Positions 46,453-62,978 of a DNA stretch of 64,000 nt are shown piece after piece; within the stretch, counting starts at the first letter, position 1; every line of letters begins with the position of its first letter. The DNA lies in assembly GCA_002269645.1 (NCBI GenBank), contig NIVC01001209.1, positions 69,929-133,928 on the forward strand, in the 5' to 3' direction. This DNA is from Macrostomum lignano (taxonomy: Eukaryota). The position numbers were made by a program, and so were the translations under genes. The notes beneath the pieces are model-generated. The model was not told where the DNA came from, ran no database searches, and saw only the letters and a program-made list of their open reading frames with translations.

Positions 46453-49400
46453 TTAAATCACGGATGTAGAGTATGCGCCGCTTCCGCTGTTAATGGACTC
46501 TGGTCGGACGTACACCTGCGCCTGCTGAGCCATTGAACTCGATTGAATATCTTGTGCAGAAACTGCCTCGTCCTTAAGCTGGGCAATTTCGGCGAAAACG
46601 CTCGCCAACGGTTGAAACTGAGGCGTCCAAGAGACCAAGTGGCTGGGCAAACGGGCAGATCCGTAGCCAGTGTAGCTCAGGGTGGTGTTCCTGGGTGGCA
46701 GCTCGAGACTAGGCACAGGTGTAGTCTGATAGACATCCTCCGACCACAGGTTGTCGGATGAATGATGAGCAAAGTCTGTGGAGCCGCCGACAGCGCCACC
46801 GCTGCTGGCCCCTCCGCCGACGCCAACGCCAACGGAGCCACCGAACCCGGAGCGCTTGAAATCAGTGGTCGGCGGACGGACGCCTAGCCGATACAGGTAC
46901 TCCCGATGGTCCTTGGGCAGTGAACAGTTGCTACTATCCGTGTCCATCATCATGCGCTGCTGCTCCTCCTCGGAACTGCCCAATCCTGAGCTGTGTGTTG
47001 TGCCAGCAGCGCTGAGTCGGGTCAGCTCAGTCAGCGTTCTCGGTGGCGGCAACGGGGGCACGTGATCGAAGCACGAGTCGTAGACGGTGGACGACGGCGG
47101 GCTGCGTATGCCCAAGCCCTTTGCTTGGCGGCGATAGCAGCGTCTGTAAACCACTATAGCGATTATGATTGCTATGATTACTAACAACACTGCTGCGGTT
47201 GACGTGACAGCAATTAACAGCGGCCCACTAACGCCGCCCAATCCGTGAGAAGTCAGCGGCACAGGCATTTGCAGTCGAATCGACGCGTCCGAATAGAGTG
47301 TGCCGCTGCTGGCTCGAACCAGTAGACTGAAATTTTTCATAATGGTGGCGGTGTCGTCCGCAATATCGACACCGTTTACTCCGTCGAAGTCGCGGGCCAT
47401 ATAGACCTCACCAGTGCTAGCATTGATGCCGAAACGTGCCAAATTGCCTACCAGTGCTGCGCCGTCTTCTCCGACTAGGGAGTACCCGATTCGACCGGCC
47501 GGCCCGCCGTCTGCGTCGAAGGCGACCACGCGAAGCAAAATTCGACCGCGGCGCGGAGTGCTGCTAAACCCAGCCGCGTATTCAGCCTTGTCGAAGTTTG
47601 GCTGAAACTCGTCAACATCTTCAACCATAATCACTAGCCGTGCGTCTGCTGAACAGTTCAATCGCAGCGTAAATGTTGTCTGGTTCTCATAGTCAAGCAC
47701 CTGGCGAGTTCGCAGACTGCCGTTGGTTAGGGAAAATAAGGTCGTACTACTATCGGCTGTCAAAACGCAGTCAGTGGCTGTCAGAGCGGCAGTAGGTGGA
47801 GCCAAGTTACCAACAAGGGTGCCGGGGCTGAGGCCCTCTTTGACTAGGAACACTAGCGGATTGATGGGGAATCGAGGCGACGAAGGCAGCACTGAGGCAG
47901 CTGCAAATCGAACGCTAACACGAGTTAGGCTACTACGCGCAGGTACATCTACTGAACTATCTGACGCCTGTACTAGCAGGTTCATCACAACGTCCGATCC
48001 GGTAGACGCAGCAATGGCGGGCGGAAGAGCCGTCAGCGTCAAATCACCAGTGGCGGCATCGATAGCAAAGCTGCCACCACCGAGTAAAATTTTGTAGCTG
48101 ACAATTCCGTTGACTCCCGAATCGGCATCAGTGGCTGCAACCCGTAGAAGCCGCCCACCAGAAACGACTGAATCAGCTGGCACTGTGGCTGAGTAGGGTT
48201 CGCCAACAAACACAGGCGCATTGTCATTGGCATCTTGCACAAGAATCTGGAGAGAGAGGAAATCAATTGAATGAATTAGTAGCCCCTTGTAGTCTTTTAG
48301 ACTTCAGGTACAAGTATTTCTTGCCAAATTTCTATTTGTAGAAAATAAAGGCTTTCCGTACTAAAGCGTACATGTACTTCCACGAACAGTAGCGCTCTGG
48401 TTGTTCCTTTCTGTGTCTTTTCTCAATACATGTGGTTCAACATACATCTTGTAGATTGAGTATTCCCTTCCACCCCGAATAACTTGAGTGTTCCCTTCCA
48501 CCCCGAATAACTTGAGTGTTCCCTTCCACCCCGAATAACTTGAGTGTTCCCTTCCACCCCGAATAACTTGAGTGTTCCCTTCCGCCCCGAATAACTTGAG
48601 TGTTCCCTTCCACCCCGAATAACTTGAGTGTTCCCTTCCGCCCCTTGTAGATTGAGTATTCCCTTCCGCCCCGAATAACTTGAGTATTCCCTTCCGCCCC
48701 TAATAGTTTGAGTATTCCCTTCTGCCACAAGTTAAAGTTGCGTTCGTCTGTTTGGTCTTTGTTGTATGTATATTGACAGACTACTAATAGCAGACACATG
48801 GTACTCTCCAATTTATAAACTGAGGAACGGTTTTAAAGAGAAAAATGAGTCTGTATTATTAAATTATAATTGACTCGAGACTATAAATATGGAAGCTATG
48901 AAAATTGTACTGACTAATGCAAACAAAATAATCAGCTCATTTTTAGCTGTTCAACCGGCTAAAAATATTGCGCAGTCCGTCGATCGTTCAATCCTTGATT
49001 ATCAGATAGATTATGAAGGATTAGCCTTCGAATCCAGTGACGGACTGACAGTTGACCCATTAGCTATTAACTAACGTGTAGCTTTAAATACAGTATATAG
49101 GCCACTGATGCATCAAGGGATTTCAGGGGAGAATAAAGCAGCGGTATAATAATCAACTCCTTGTTCTCAAAGGCAATGAGAAAACGGGAAAAGAGGAGAA
49201 AGAGCTCAGGGAGAGAGATGGCGCTGGAGTAGGGTCAGCTGAATCGCATCCGGGGAAAACTCCCATTCTGCCCTGCTCACAGCTCTTTCTCAGTTTAGCT
49301 CTAAGTTTAGAAGGAAGCTGCCAAACAAAGGTTTGATTGACAAGCTGAAGCAAATCGCACTGCGGACCTGAAGACACTCATTACACATTGTACACACTAT

Positions 49401-52400
49401 TATATTATAGGCAGCACTCCAGTGATTGCCTTTCCTATGCCTAAAACTTGACGAGGCACTAGAAAGAAAAAAAGAGGTGGGGGAGAGACCTGAATATAGT
49501 GTCAGCAGTTCTCTCTGTCTGGTCTCTTCCCCAGCTATCAGCTCAAGCTCAAACTCTGACGATTTTGTCCCAACTAAACATGAAAAAAGCAGAGAAGAAT
49601 AGGGCGCCCTATATTCCGACTCTAATCTAGCGGGCACAAATACAACAAAGCTGGAAAGCTAACAATGGATTTGTCTCTTTACATCTCATGTCATCTCGCT
49701 CTCTGGTTTGGACCTCAGTCAGTTAAACAGTGTCAACTCGGCTCTTTGGTTTATCTCAACTACCGCTCTGCATTTGATCTACACCTTGTCTTCTTTCATC
49801 TTCATCGCTCACAATTTTTCTGCTCGTGCTAACTTGCCCTATAAGCCCCATTCCTGCGCCATTGCATCCCATTCTGAGCTGCCGTACTCACTGCCGCCCT
49901 ATTGATGCTTATAGAAATAGCTTCTTCTCCTGCTCATTCAAAAAGTCAAATTGGATCAGACGATTGCATTCATTCAAAGGGCCGGGGACTAATTGAAAGG
50001 TCTAGGGGAATAGAGAGGTTTTGCCGGCAGGACCAAGCAGTGTACTTCGAGCGTACAGCCATGCTACCCCCCCCCCAAAGAGTTTTGCTTTTTCATTACC
50101 GACTTTTTATTACCGCGGTACTGTGGTCAGTATATATTTGCCAATGGTATCAAATAGATTTATTGCATTTATAAGCGGGAGCGGAGAACGATTGGATGTG
50201 GCTTACTATATTTAGTTGGTAATACTTTGTTAAGACCAGTGGACGTTGTAGTGGGTAAAACTTTTCAAGAGCATTTAGATCCCATAGTTTGCACTGCTAT
50301 GCAAATAAAGTGCGGTGCCCGCTGCGTGCGCACAATTACAGTTTATAGCTGATCCACCATGTTTGGAATATATGTGTGCGCGTCTCGTGTAAACACCGAC
50401 ATGGTATAACAAATGTATAGATGCATATGCAGTATGCTATTAGGACGTTATCTATAAACAAACCAAACATTATATAGCATCGCAGAAGCTCTATAGCGCA
50501 CCCGGAACCTTTTTATAGCATTTTTGGAACCACCCGCAGCTGGGGAAAGAAAACATCTATTAAAATTTTATTTAGAGATCGATATTTATTTTATAACTCT
50601 AGTGTTCCTCGAACTTTCCACGTGTATTAGTGTTTAGGGACCTTCCATGGTGTTTATCGGACCTATTATAGTGTTTATGGGACCTTCTATAGTGTTTATA
50701 GGACCTTCTATAGTGTTTATGGGACCTTTTATAGTGTCTATGGGACCTTCCATAGTGTTTATAGGACCTTCTATAGTGTTTATAGGACCTTCTATAGTGT
50801 TTATGGTACCTTTTATAGTGTCTATGGGACCTTGTATAGTGTTTATAGGACCTTCTATAGTGTTTATAGGACCTTCTATAGTGTTTATGGGACCTTTTAT
50901 AGTGTCTATGGGACCTTCTATAGTGTTTATAGGACCTTCTATAGTGTTTATAGGACCTTCTATAGTGTTTATTGGACCTTTTATAGTGTCTATGGGACCT
51001 TCTATAGTGTTTATAGGACCTTCTATAGTGTTTATAGGACCTTCTATAGTGTTTATGGGACCTTTTATAGTGTCTATGGGACCTTCTTTAGTGTCTCTGG
51101 GACCTTCTATCGTCTCTGGAATTTATCTGCGTTCTTGAAATCCTCTACGAGCTAGCACATATAGATTCTTCTAGCTTCTCCAAAACTCTTTGAAACCGTC
51201 AGTGGATGACATTAGTGACGCCTTTGGCGTATTTTTAATTATAACTAAATCCACCGCAGTACTAAAAACCCCGACTACGCCTAATTTACGAGCTAGGTCA
51301 TGCCATTCTCAAGCAGCAAAAATGTATAGAATTCTCACCCTGACCGTGACGCTGGCAGTAAGCCGCGGCTCTCCACTGTCCCAGCACACCAAACTGACCG
51401 AGTGCTCGGCCTGAGCTTCTCTATCGAGCTGTCGAGTCAGAACCAACCGGCCTGTATGCCGAACTGCCTGCACAGGTGAGGACGTCTCAACAACAGCAAC
51501 CGACACGAACTGATCAGAATCGGCGTCGCTGCAAGCCACTCTACCGACTGTACGCCCAGGCTTCGTCGCCTCGGACACCAGCAGAGGGATTGTTGGCAAA
51601 GACGTCGAGACGGCAAAAACCGGTGGAAACCGGTTGGCCGCCTGAACTGTGACGCGCACAGTTGCGTAATCTTCACCGCCTCCGGCTGCTGCGGAAGTGG
51701 CCTTCACAGCGAACACGTGATCTCCTGGCGCGCTGATTGGCTGGCTAGGGTAGAGATCAAAGCCGATCAGACGGAACGGCAGCGCCGGTCGATCCGGATC
51801 TGACAGAATTGACACTATCGCGTCGGGAGCCGTTGATGCCGGCGAGAGATCCAGCTTCCCGACCAGCTGCGACGTCGGCGCCCCTTGGCCAGGGTGAAGA
51901 CGTACAATCGCCGGCCGAAACGAACTCCACCAGTAGCGGAATCAACGCGTACAGTCAGATGTTTAGAAACTGTGTGCTCAGAGTCGCTGCTAGACACCGT
52001 GAAGTTGTAGACACTCAGCTGAGGCTTGGCAGTGAGCCAGAACTCTCCAGAGAAGAGGCCCATAGCAAAAGTATCACTCGGCGGGCTCAGAGTGTAGGTC
52101 AATGGCGGATATCCGTCAAGGTCAGTGGCTCGAACCTGCAGCAGTTTCTGACCGGGCCTTGCCGTCTCCGCGTTCACCACGACGGGATCAACGATGTCCT
52201 GCAGCAGCGGTTTCTGGTTGTTTCGATTGATGATGCGAACTAGAACGGAGCACTTTGCGGTGGTCAGCGGGTCATCAACCGAAGCTGCCACCAGGGTCAA
52301 CGAATGGCTCGACTGCAGCGTGAAATCTGGCGGAGTTTTCACCGACACCAAGCCGGTGTCTTCGTCAACTTCAAATGTGTCGCTGGGCAGCAGGCGATAC

Positions 52401-52653
52401 TTTACGGCGCTGTCGAGGTCAACTGCGGTCACCTGGACGACGGGGGTGCCAGCTGGAGATTTCTCAGATAGGACGGCAGAATAGACCGGCTGCACGCAGT
52501 AGGGCTGGCTGTCGTCTGCGTTCAGTATCTGGATGTCAACGCGGGTCAGGGCTGCCTGATCCCCTGTGGAGGCCTGAACTACCAGCTGATATTGACGGCG
52601 CTTCTCATAGTCCAGCGCATTTGTGGCCACAAACGAAGAGGTCTCAATGCGAC
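46453..52653 (-). CDS. ds: Dachsous-type protocadherin, 3' part (exons 52653-51339 and 48246-46453); 5' exons not found in this window
   Basis: Multiple cadherin repeats (LDYE, DANDNAP, AxDAD, DVDEFQPNF), a TM helix (LLIAVTSTAAVLLVIIAIIIAIVVY) and Dachsous-type cytoplasmic motifs (HSSGLGSSEEE, SWTPQFQPLASVFAEIAQLKDE). The junction TVR|ILVQD is phase 0. One frameshift lies near 51881-51884. Confidence 0.88.
48445..48725. repeat. Minisatellite, 28-bp unit (aacttgagtgttcccttccaccccgaat), last ds intron
   Basis: About 9 copies read directly. Confidence 0.92.
50635..51110. repeat. Minisatellite, 21-bp unit (ggaccttctatagtgtttatg), last ds intron
   Basis: About 22 copies; explains the GPSIVFI ORF. 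Confidence 0.95.
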
Positions 52654-52794
52654 CTGATCAAAAGGAGGGGCAGATAAGTCTGAGTTAATTTTGATTTTTT
52701 CACACGTAAGTAAATTTTAATCGAAAAAACTAATATTGAGAGAGGCGCCGAGGGCCAAGGGCGCCAGGGACTGTCTGTCTATCCGTTTAAAGAG

Positions 52795-53602
52795 CGCCAG
52801 AGGCGCCAAGGGCACCAGAGGCGCCAAGGGCACCAGAGGCGCCAAGGGCACCAGAGGCGCCAAGGGCACCAGAGGCGCCAAGGGCACCAGAGGCGCCAAG
52901 GGCACCAGAGGCGCCAAGGGCACCAGAGGCGCCAAGGGCACCAGAGGCGCCAAGGGCACCAGAGGCGCCAAGGGCACCAGAGGCGCCAAGGGCACCAGAG
53001 GCGCCAAGGGCACCAGAGGCGCCAAGGGCACCAGAGGCGCCAAGGGCACCAGAGGCGCCAAGGGCACCAGAGGCGCCAAGGGCACCAGAGGCGCCAAGGG
53101 CACCAGAGGCGCCAAGGGCACCAGAGGCGCCAAGGGCACCAGAGGCGCCAAGGGCACCAGAGGCGCCAAGGGCACCAGAGGCGCCAAGGGCACCAGAGGC
53201 GCCAAGGGCACCAGAGGCGCCAAGGGCACCAGAGGCGCCAAGGGCACCAGAGGCGCCAAGGGCACCAGAGGCGCCAAGGGCACCAGAGGCGCCAAGGGCA
53301 CCAGAGGCGCCAAGGGCACCAGAGGCGCCAAGGGCACCAGAGGCGCCAAGGGCACCAGAGGCGCCAAGGGCACCAGAGGCGCCAAGGGCACCAGAGGCGC
53401 CAAGGGCACCAGAGGCGCCAAGGGCACCAGAGGCGCCAAGGGCACCAGAGGCGCCAAGGGCACCAGAGGCGCCAAGGGCACCAGAGGCGCCAAGGGCACC
53501 AGAGGCGCCAAGGGCACCAGAGGCGCCAAGGGCACCAGAGGCGCCAAGGGCACCAGAGGCGCCAAGGGCACCAGAGGCGCCAAGGGCACCAGAGGCGCCA
53601 AG
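52795..53602. repeat. GC-rich minisatellite, 18-bp unit (ggcgccaagggcaccaga), ~45 identical copies
   Basis: Perfect array; the unit is a dimer of two related 9-mers. Confidence 0.98.
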
Positions 53603-54186
53603 GGTATAAGAAGCCAATTTAAGTTCAAAGCCAAGATCGGCTTTAAACAAGTTTCCTGCTCTAAAAGTGCAACCAAACCATTTGCTTAATGCCACAATGC
53701 CCAAAGCCTTAGATTATAATCCCACGCGCGTGATCGCTGGCTACGCTCCGCAAAAATCCCCAAATTCCACAGCGGACCTGAAGACTACTGGATCACGGGG
53801 GGATCTCTGACCCGCCAATCGCGTCAGCATGTCGCATGCTGAGGCCCGTCACGAGATCCCATTGACAGCGCCATTACCCAGCACTGCCTTGCGCTGCTGT
53901 TGTCAATCTTGAATCCCCCAAAGGCTGCATGCATGTCTGTACAACAGGGTCAGTTTCAGATTTTCCCCGATCCCCATAGGTCAATTTTCCTGTTTTCAAC
54001 CACACAAAATTTGTTCCGCATGTGAACCGTGGGGGAAATGCTAAGCGTAATGGGATATTTTGTGTTAGTTTTACCTAAAAAAGACGAGCTAGCAATGTAA
54101 ACTATGGAAGTAACCAGTTATTCATCCGATAAGATAATTTATACTCTCCGAATTGGCAACTTGAATCTTCCATCCTTAATAGACAA

Positions 54187-54900
54187 CGGGGTAGACACAG
54201 ATAGAGGTGTTAAGGACAGAGGGGTAGACACAGATAGAGGTGTTAAGGACAGAGGGGTAGACACAGATAGAGGTGTTAAGGACAGAGGGGTAGACACAGA
54301 TAGAGGTGTTAAGGACAGAGGGGTAGACACAGATAGAGGTGTTAAGGACAGAGGGGTAGACACAGACAGAGGTGTTAAGGACAGAGGGGTAGACACAGAT
54401 AGAGGTGTTAAGGACAGAGGGGTAGACACAGATAGAGGTGTTAAGGACAGAGGGGTAGACACAGATAGAGGTGTTAAGGACAGAGGGGGGACAGAGGGGT
54501 AGACACAGATAGAGGTGTTAAGGACAGAGGGGTAGACACAGATAGAGGTGTTAAGGACAGAGGGGTAGACACAGATAGAAGTGTTAAGGACAGAGAGGTA
54601 GACACAGATAGAAGTGTTAAAGACAGAGAGGTAGACACAGATAGAAGTGTTAAGGACAGAGAGGTAGACACAGATAGAGGTGTTAAAGACAGAGAGGTAG
54701 ACACAGATAGAAGTGTTAAGGACAGAGAGGTAGACACAGATAGAGGTGTTAAAGACAGAGAGGTAGACACAGATAGAAGTGTTAAGGACAGAGAGGTAGA
54801 CACAGATAGAGGTGTTAATAGACAGAGAGGTAGACACAGATAGAGGTGTTAAGGACAGAGGGGTAGACACAGACTGAGGTGATAAAGACAGAGAGGTAGA
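54187..54900. repeat. Minisatellite, 33-bp unit (ggggtagacacagatagaggtgttaaggacaga)
   Basis: About 21 copies read directly. Confidence 0.95.
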
Positions 54901-57230
54901 CACAGATTGAGTTGTTACAGATAGGTAGACACACATCGAGTTGTTACAGACAGGTAGGCACACATCGAGTTGTTACAGACAGGTAGACACACATCGAGCT
55001 GTTACAGACAGGTAGACACACATCGAGTTGTTACAGACAGGTAGACACACATCGAGTTGTTACAGACAGGTAGACACATATCGAGGTGTTACAAACAGGT
55101 AGACACATATCGAGGTGTTACAAACAGGTAGACACATATCGAGGTGTTACAGAAAGGTAGACACATATCGAGGTGTTACAGACAGGTAGACACATATCGA
55201 GGTGTTACAGACATGTAGACACATATCGAGGTGTTACAGACAGGTAGACACATATCGAGGTGTTACAGACAGGTAGACACATATCGAGGTGTTACAGACA
55301 GGTAGACACATATCGAGGTGTTACAAACAGGTAGACACATATCGAGGTGTTACAGACAGGTAGACACATATCGAGTTGTTACAGACAGGTAGACACATAT
55401 CGAGGTGTTACAAACAGGTAGACACATATCGAGGTGTTACAAACAGGTAGACACATATCGAGGTGTTACAGACAGGTAGACACATATCGAGTTGTTACAG
55501 ACAGGTAGACACACATCGAGGTGTTACAGACAGGTAGACACATATCGAGTTGTTACAGACAGGTAGACACACATCGAGGTGTTACAGACAGGTAGACACA
55601 TATCGAGTTGTTACAGACAGGTAGACACATATCGAGGTGTTACAAACAGGTAGACACATATCGAGGTGTTACAGACAGGTAGACACATATCGAGTTGTTA
55701 CAGACAGGTAGACACATATCGAGGTGTTACAGACAGGTAGACACATATCGAGGTGTTACAGACATGTAGACACATATCGAGTTGTTACAGACAGGTAGAC
55801 ACATATCGAGGTGTTACAAACAGGTAGACACATATCGAGGTGTTACAGACATGTAGACACATATCGAGGTGTTACAAACAGGTAGACACATATCGAGGTG
55901 TTACAGACAGGTAGACACATATCGAGGTGTTACAAACAGGTAGACACATATCGAGGTGTTACAGACAGGTAGACACACATCGAGGTGTTACAGACAGGTA
56001 GACACATATCGAGGTGTTACAGACAGGTAGACACATATCGAGGTGTTACAGACAGGTAGACACATATCGATGTGTTACAGACAGGTAGACACATATCGAG
56101 GTGTTACAGACAGGTAGACACATATCGAGGTGTTACAAACAGGTAGACACATATCGAGGTGTTACAGACAGGTAGACACATATCGAGTTGTTACAGACAG
56201 GTAGACACATATCGAGGTGTTACAGACAGGTAGACACATATCGAGTTGTTACAGACAGGTAGACACATATCGAGGTGTTACAGACAGGTAGACACATATC
56301 GAGTTGTTACAGACAGGTAGACACATATCGAGGTGTTACAGACAGGTAGACACATATCGAGGTGTTACATGTACAGACAGGTAGACACATATCGAGGTGT
56401 TACAAACAGGTAGACACATATCGAGGTGTTACAAACAGGTAGACACATATCGAGGTGTTACAGACAGGTAGACACATATCGAGGTGTTACAAACAGGTAG
56501 ACACATATCGAGGTGTTACAAACAGGTAGACACATATCGAGGTGTTACAGACAGGTAGACACATATCGAGGTGTTACAAACAGGTAGACACATATCGAGT
56601 TGTTGCAGACAGGTAGACGCACATCGAGTTGTTACAGACAGGTAGACACATATCGAGTTGTTACAGACAGGTAGACACATATCGAGGTGTTACAAACAGG
56701 TAGACACATATCGAGGTGTTACAGACAGGTAGACACATATCGAGTTGTTACAGACAGGTAGACACATATCGAGGTGTTACAGACAGGTAGACACATATCG
56801 AGGTGTTACAGACATGTAGACACATATCGAGTTGTTACAGACAGGTAGACACATATCGAGGTGTTACAGACAGGTAGACACATATCGAGGTGTTACAAAC
56901 AGGTAGACACATATCGAGTTGTTACAGACAGGTAGACACATATCGAGGTGTTACAAACAGGTAGACACATATCGAGGTGTTACAGACAGGTAGACACACA
57001 TCGAGGTGTTACAGACAGGTAGACACATATCGAGGTGTTACAGACAGGTAGACACATATCGAGGTGTTACAAACAGGTAGACACATATCGAGGTGTTACA
57101 GACAGGTAGACACATATCGAGTTGTTACAGACAGGTAGACACATATCGAGGTGTTACAGACAGGTAGACACATATCGAGGTGTTACAAACAGGTAGACAC
57201 ATATCGAGGTGTTACAGACAGGTAGACACA
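54900..57230. repeat. Minisatellite, 29-bp unit (gacacatatcgaggtgttacagacaggta), ~80 copies
   Basis: Contiguous with, and related to, the 33-bp array. Confidence 0.97.
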
Positions 57231-58096
57231 GATTGATGTGACGAGAGTTCAAGATGTTGGTAAGAGAGAGACGGAGATGCAGACATGGCACATCACACGC
57301 AGTTCTACTATTTCAGAGCAGAGCTCCAATTAACGCTAATTGATTTTTTTATGTTTTACGTAAATTTCATTATTGGCCTTTTACTGCTACTCTTTAATCT
57401 GTTAAATTTGGTTAAAGGAGGCAGGCGAAAGGCAAATTACTGACTGTAACAAGATCTCCGACTCGGGCAAAATTCGCCAGTGAATCCGGTACACGGGGAT
57501 CAGTCAGCTGCGATCGCTGCGACCTCCTTCCCTCCCTTCGCTTAGGGGGAGAGGGAATAAAAAGCTGAGGAAGACTGGACGAAAAAACTCCTGCCGCTTG
57601 GAAATGGCAAATCCCAACCTACAGAAGGGATCTCTATTTTTTATAGCATCTCCACATCTCATCCATGCTGAGGCTGCTAGGAAGGCTCCCCCAACCTCCT
57701 GTTCTTTTTTCCTCTCTAAATCCAATTGAGTGCGGTGGGGAGCCGCGATCTGCTCAGTGAGTAAGCGCGGCACCTGGCTGGCTGGCTGGCTAATTATGTT
57801 AGAACACGGCTCACTGCGCCGGGCCAATTCCGCAGCTGCTGTTGAACTGGTATGGCTGGTGTAGGATAGTTTCAGTTAAAGTGTCTGCATAAAAAACAGC
57901 CTTATTAATGCGAAACTGAGCGTTGCGGAATTGGAGCCACGCATTATTAATGCATAATGCATCGCGTTTCTTTACTGGTAGCTAGCGTACTCAGCCGCTG
58001 CCAGGTGTCAGTAAGTCTGACTCAACTGCTGCTAATTAAATAGACACTCTTACATTAGGAATCGTGGTATTCAATGGTTTTAATAATAGACAGCAA

Positions 58097-60089
<1,993 letters not shown>

Positions 60090-62283
60090 TCGCTGTCAGT
60101 TCTGCCAAGATCCCCAATTCGCCCATTGCTCAGTCAAGCCAGTCGAGCCTCCGACTCCGAATTTCGCTCTCAGGGCTCCCTAGTCGAGAGCCAGTCGCAA
60201 TCGAAAGAATCGCGAGTCTAAGGGGGAAGCGCAGCTGCAAGTCGGCCGGCTACAACAGATGCCCCGGTTGAGTGACTCCTGTAATTGACTTGTTGCCAAA
60301 CAGCGAAAGCAGAAGAAAGAAATCCAGTTCAGTTTGTGTGTCTGTGGTGCCTCGGGCAGGACAACAAATCCGATAATGGCATGTTTGTGCGCTTTAAGTT
60401 CGACGTTCGAGACTCGAAACTTAGTGGGAAAATATTCCTATATTCGAGTCTGGCGCAGCACCTGGCTCGGCGGTGGCACTCGTGGAGGACGAATATCGAG
60501 GATCGAGGGAAAGTTGAAACTGTAGGGGAGCGAGAGGAATACTGAGGCCAGCCTCGGTGTGCAAGCAACAGGAAGCTCCGCTGTCGGTTTCCAATTGGAA
60601 GAAGAAGAGGGCAAAAAGAAGTGAAAAAACGTGACGCGACCAGCTGACACGAAAACTGGAGGCCCGCATAAACGAACAGAAAAACTGCACCGCTATTAGA
60701 TAGATTGCTGCGGGCCTGGGGCGAGGGCGCTCGAGACCCATGGAAGCTTTAAAGCTCTGCATTCGCATAATTGATGGCCGAACGTGTAGCTTAATTACGA
60801 GCCAACCCTCGTAAAATAGCCATGCAGCTTTACAACGTCTTGCTCATTCTATATACCATAGTAGTCTCTAATGAGAAGTTTGAAGATTAGCAGATCAAAA
60901 TCGCGTCGGAGTTACGCTAGGAATGCAAGCTAATTCCCCTAAATCAGCCCGGCTGTCTGTCGTCTGTGCTAACGGGCTTGGGAATATTTTCTCACCTTCT
61001 CAGGTTTCTTTTTCTGCTTCCTGATTCTGCAGCGGGCTTCCCGCCTGCATTCCTCTCTCTTTCTGTCTACCTCTCAGCGAATTCCAGGCCGACACGGTTT
61101 TTGTTCGAATATTTTCTCGCTCTCTCCCAAAAATTATACAGTGTAGGAGCGGGACTGGAGGATGGGGAAGGATTTCTTGAATAAATTCTCATCTTTCCCA
61201 AGATAGACGGGGTAGGCTGTGCGGGATGAGTCACCGACCATCTTCGCCCATCCCTCGAAGCGTCCCAACCTGCTCTGTGTGATTCGAAGTCTCCGACTTG
61301 CAGGTGTGAAACTGAAAAAAGACAGAAAATTGCGCAGGGAGAGACTGTTGCTACGGGGACAACACCTGTCCCAACAACTGATTTATTTCTCATCCGCGTC
61401 CCTTCGGGATTCTAAGAATCGAAGAGGACAGAGGAAGATCCAGGATGTAGCTGGGGGATTAAACTCCCTCTTTCTCTTCTTCTTCCTCTCGCCCTGCAGA
61501 CGAATCCCACGCAAGGCGTATCTGCAGGGACTGCGGCCTCGGAGATCAAGGTCGGACTGGTCAGAGAGAGCTGAGCTCTCAGCTCGAGTCTGAGAATAAG
61601 CTTAGCATAGAGAAATAGGCCCACAGAAATGCATCAGGCTCTGCATAGATGAACTTCGTTAGCTGAACATTTTCCACTGCCTGCATGCATAATAACTGTG
61701 CGGTCTACATCAAGCAGAGTGGAATACCAATGGAATCCGCCCAGCTCCATCCTTGCAGGGCTCGAAGGACTTCGCTTGCTTTTTTGACTCATTTCTGGGG
61801 TCTGGTGGCTGAAGGAACAGGAAATTCGCTTACTACAATAATGGGAAAAATTCGTTTGCGACTTGGTGGACGCGCTTCTGCATTCGCATGAGGAGCTTGG
61901 GGCATGAATTAATGGCATTTTCTACTCGTGGACATTCGCATGAACTCAAAGAGCCGGGGCGACTGTCTTTATAACTAAATTATTAAACAGTCGAAGTTAT
62001 GCCAGTTTTTTACGTAAGTCAGTAAGAAATTCGTCGAGTTAAAAGTTGCCCAGTTTTCTGTGTTTGTGCAACTTCCTGCCATCAACAAGGGCACCGTTAT
62101 CTCACCCAGCAAAATCATTGCATAAACAAACAATGCATAAACAAACAATGTCATTTTAATAATTCACTGCGTTAGCAGAATTGTTCTTACACTCGAAAAC
62201 AATGCGTCGAACTTGCCAATTTCTGATTAGGTTACAACGGCTTCGTAGCTGCTACTCACGAGCTGTTGTGAGAAAGAGAAGGG

Positions 62284-62978
<695 letters not shown>

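Noticed and set aside
52717-53704. Collagen gene
   Set aside because: Identical 18-bp units with no codon variation and no signal peptide or NC domains; kept only as a low-interest note.
8560-57230. Tandem arrays of 21-41 bp as CRISPR arrays
   Set aside because: Units are head-to-tail with no unique spacers, there are no cas genes, and the context is spliced eukaryotic genes.
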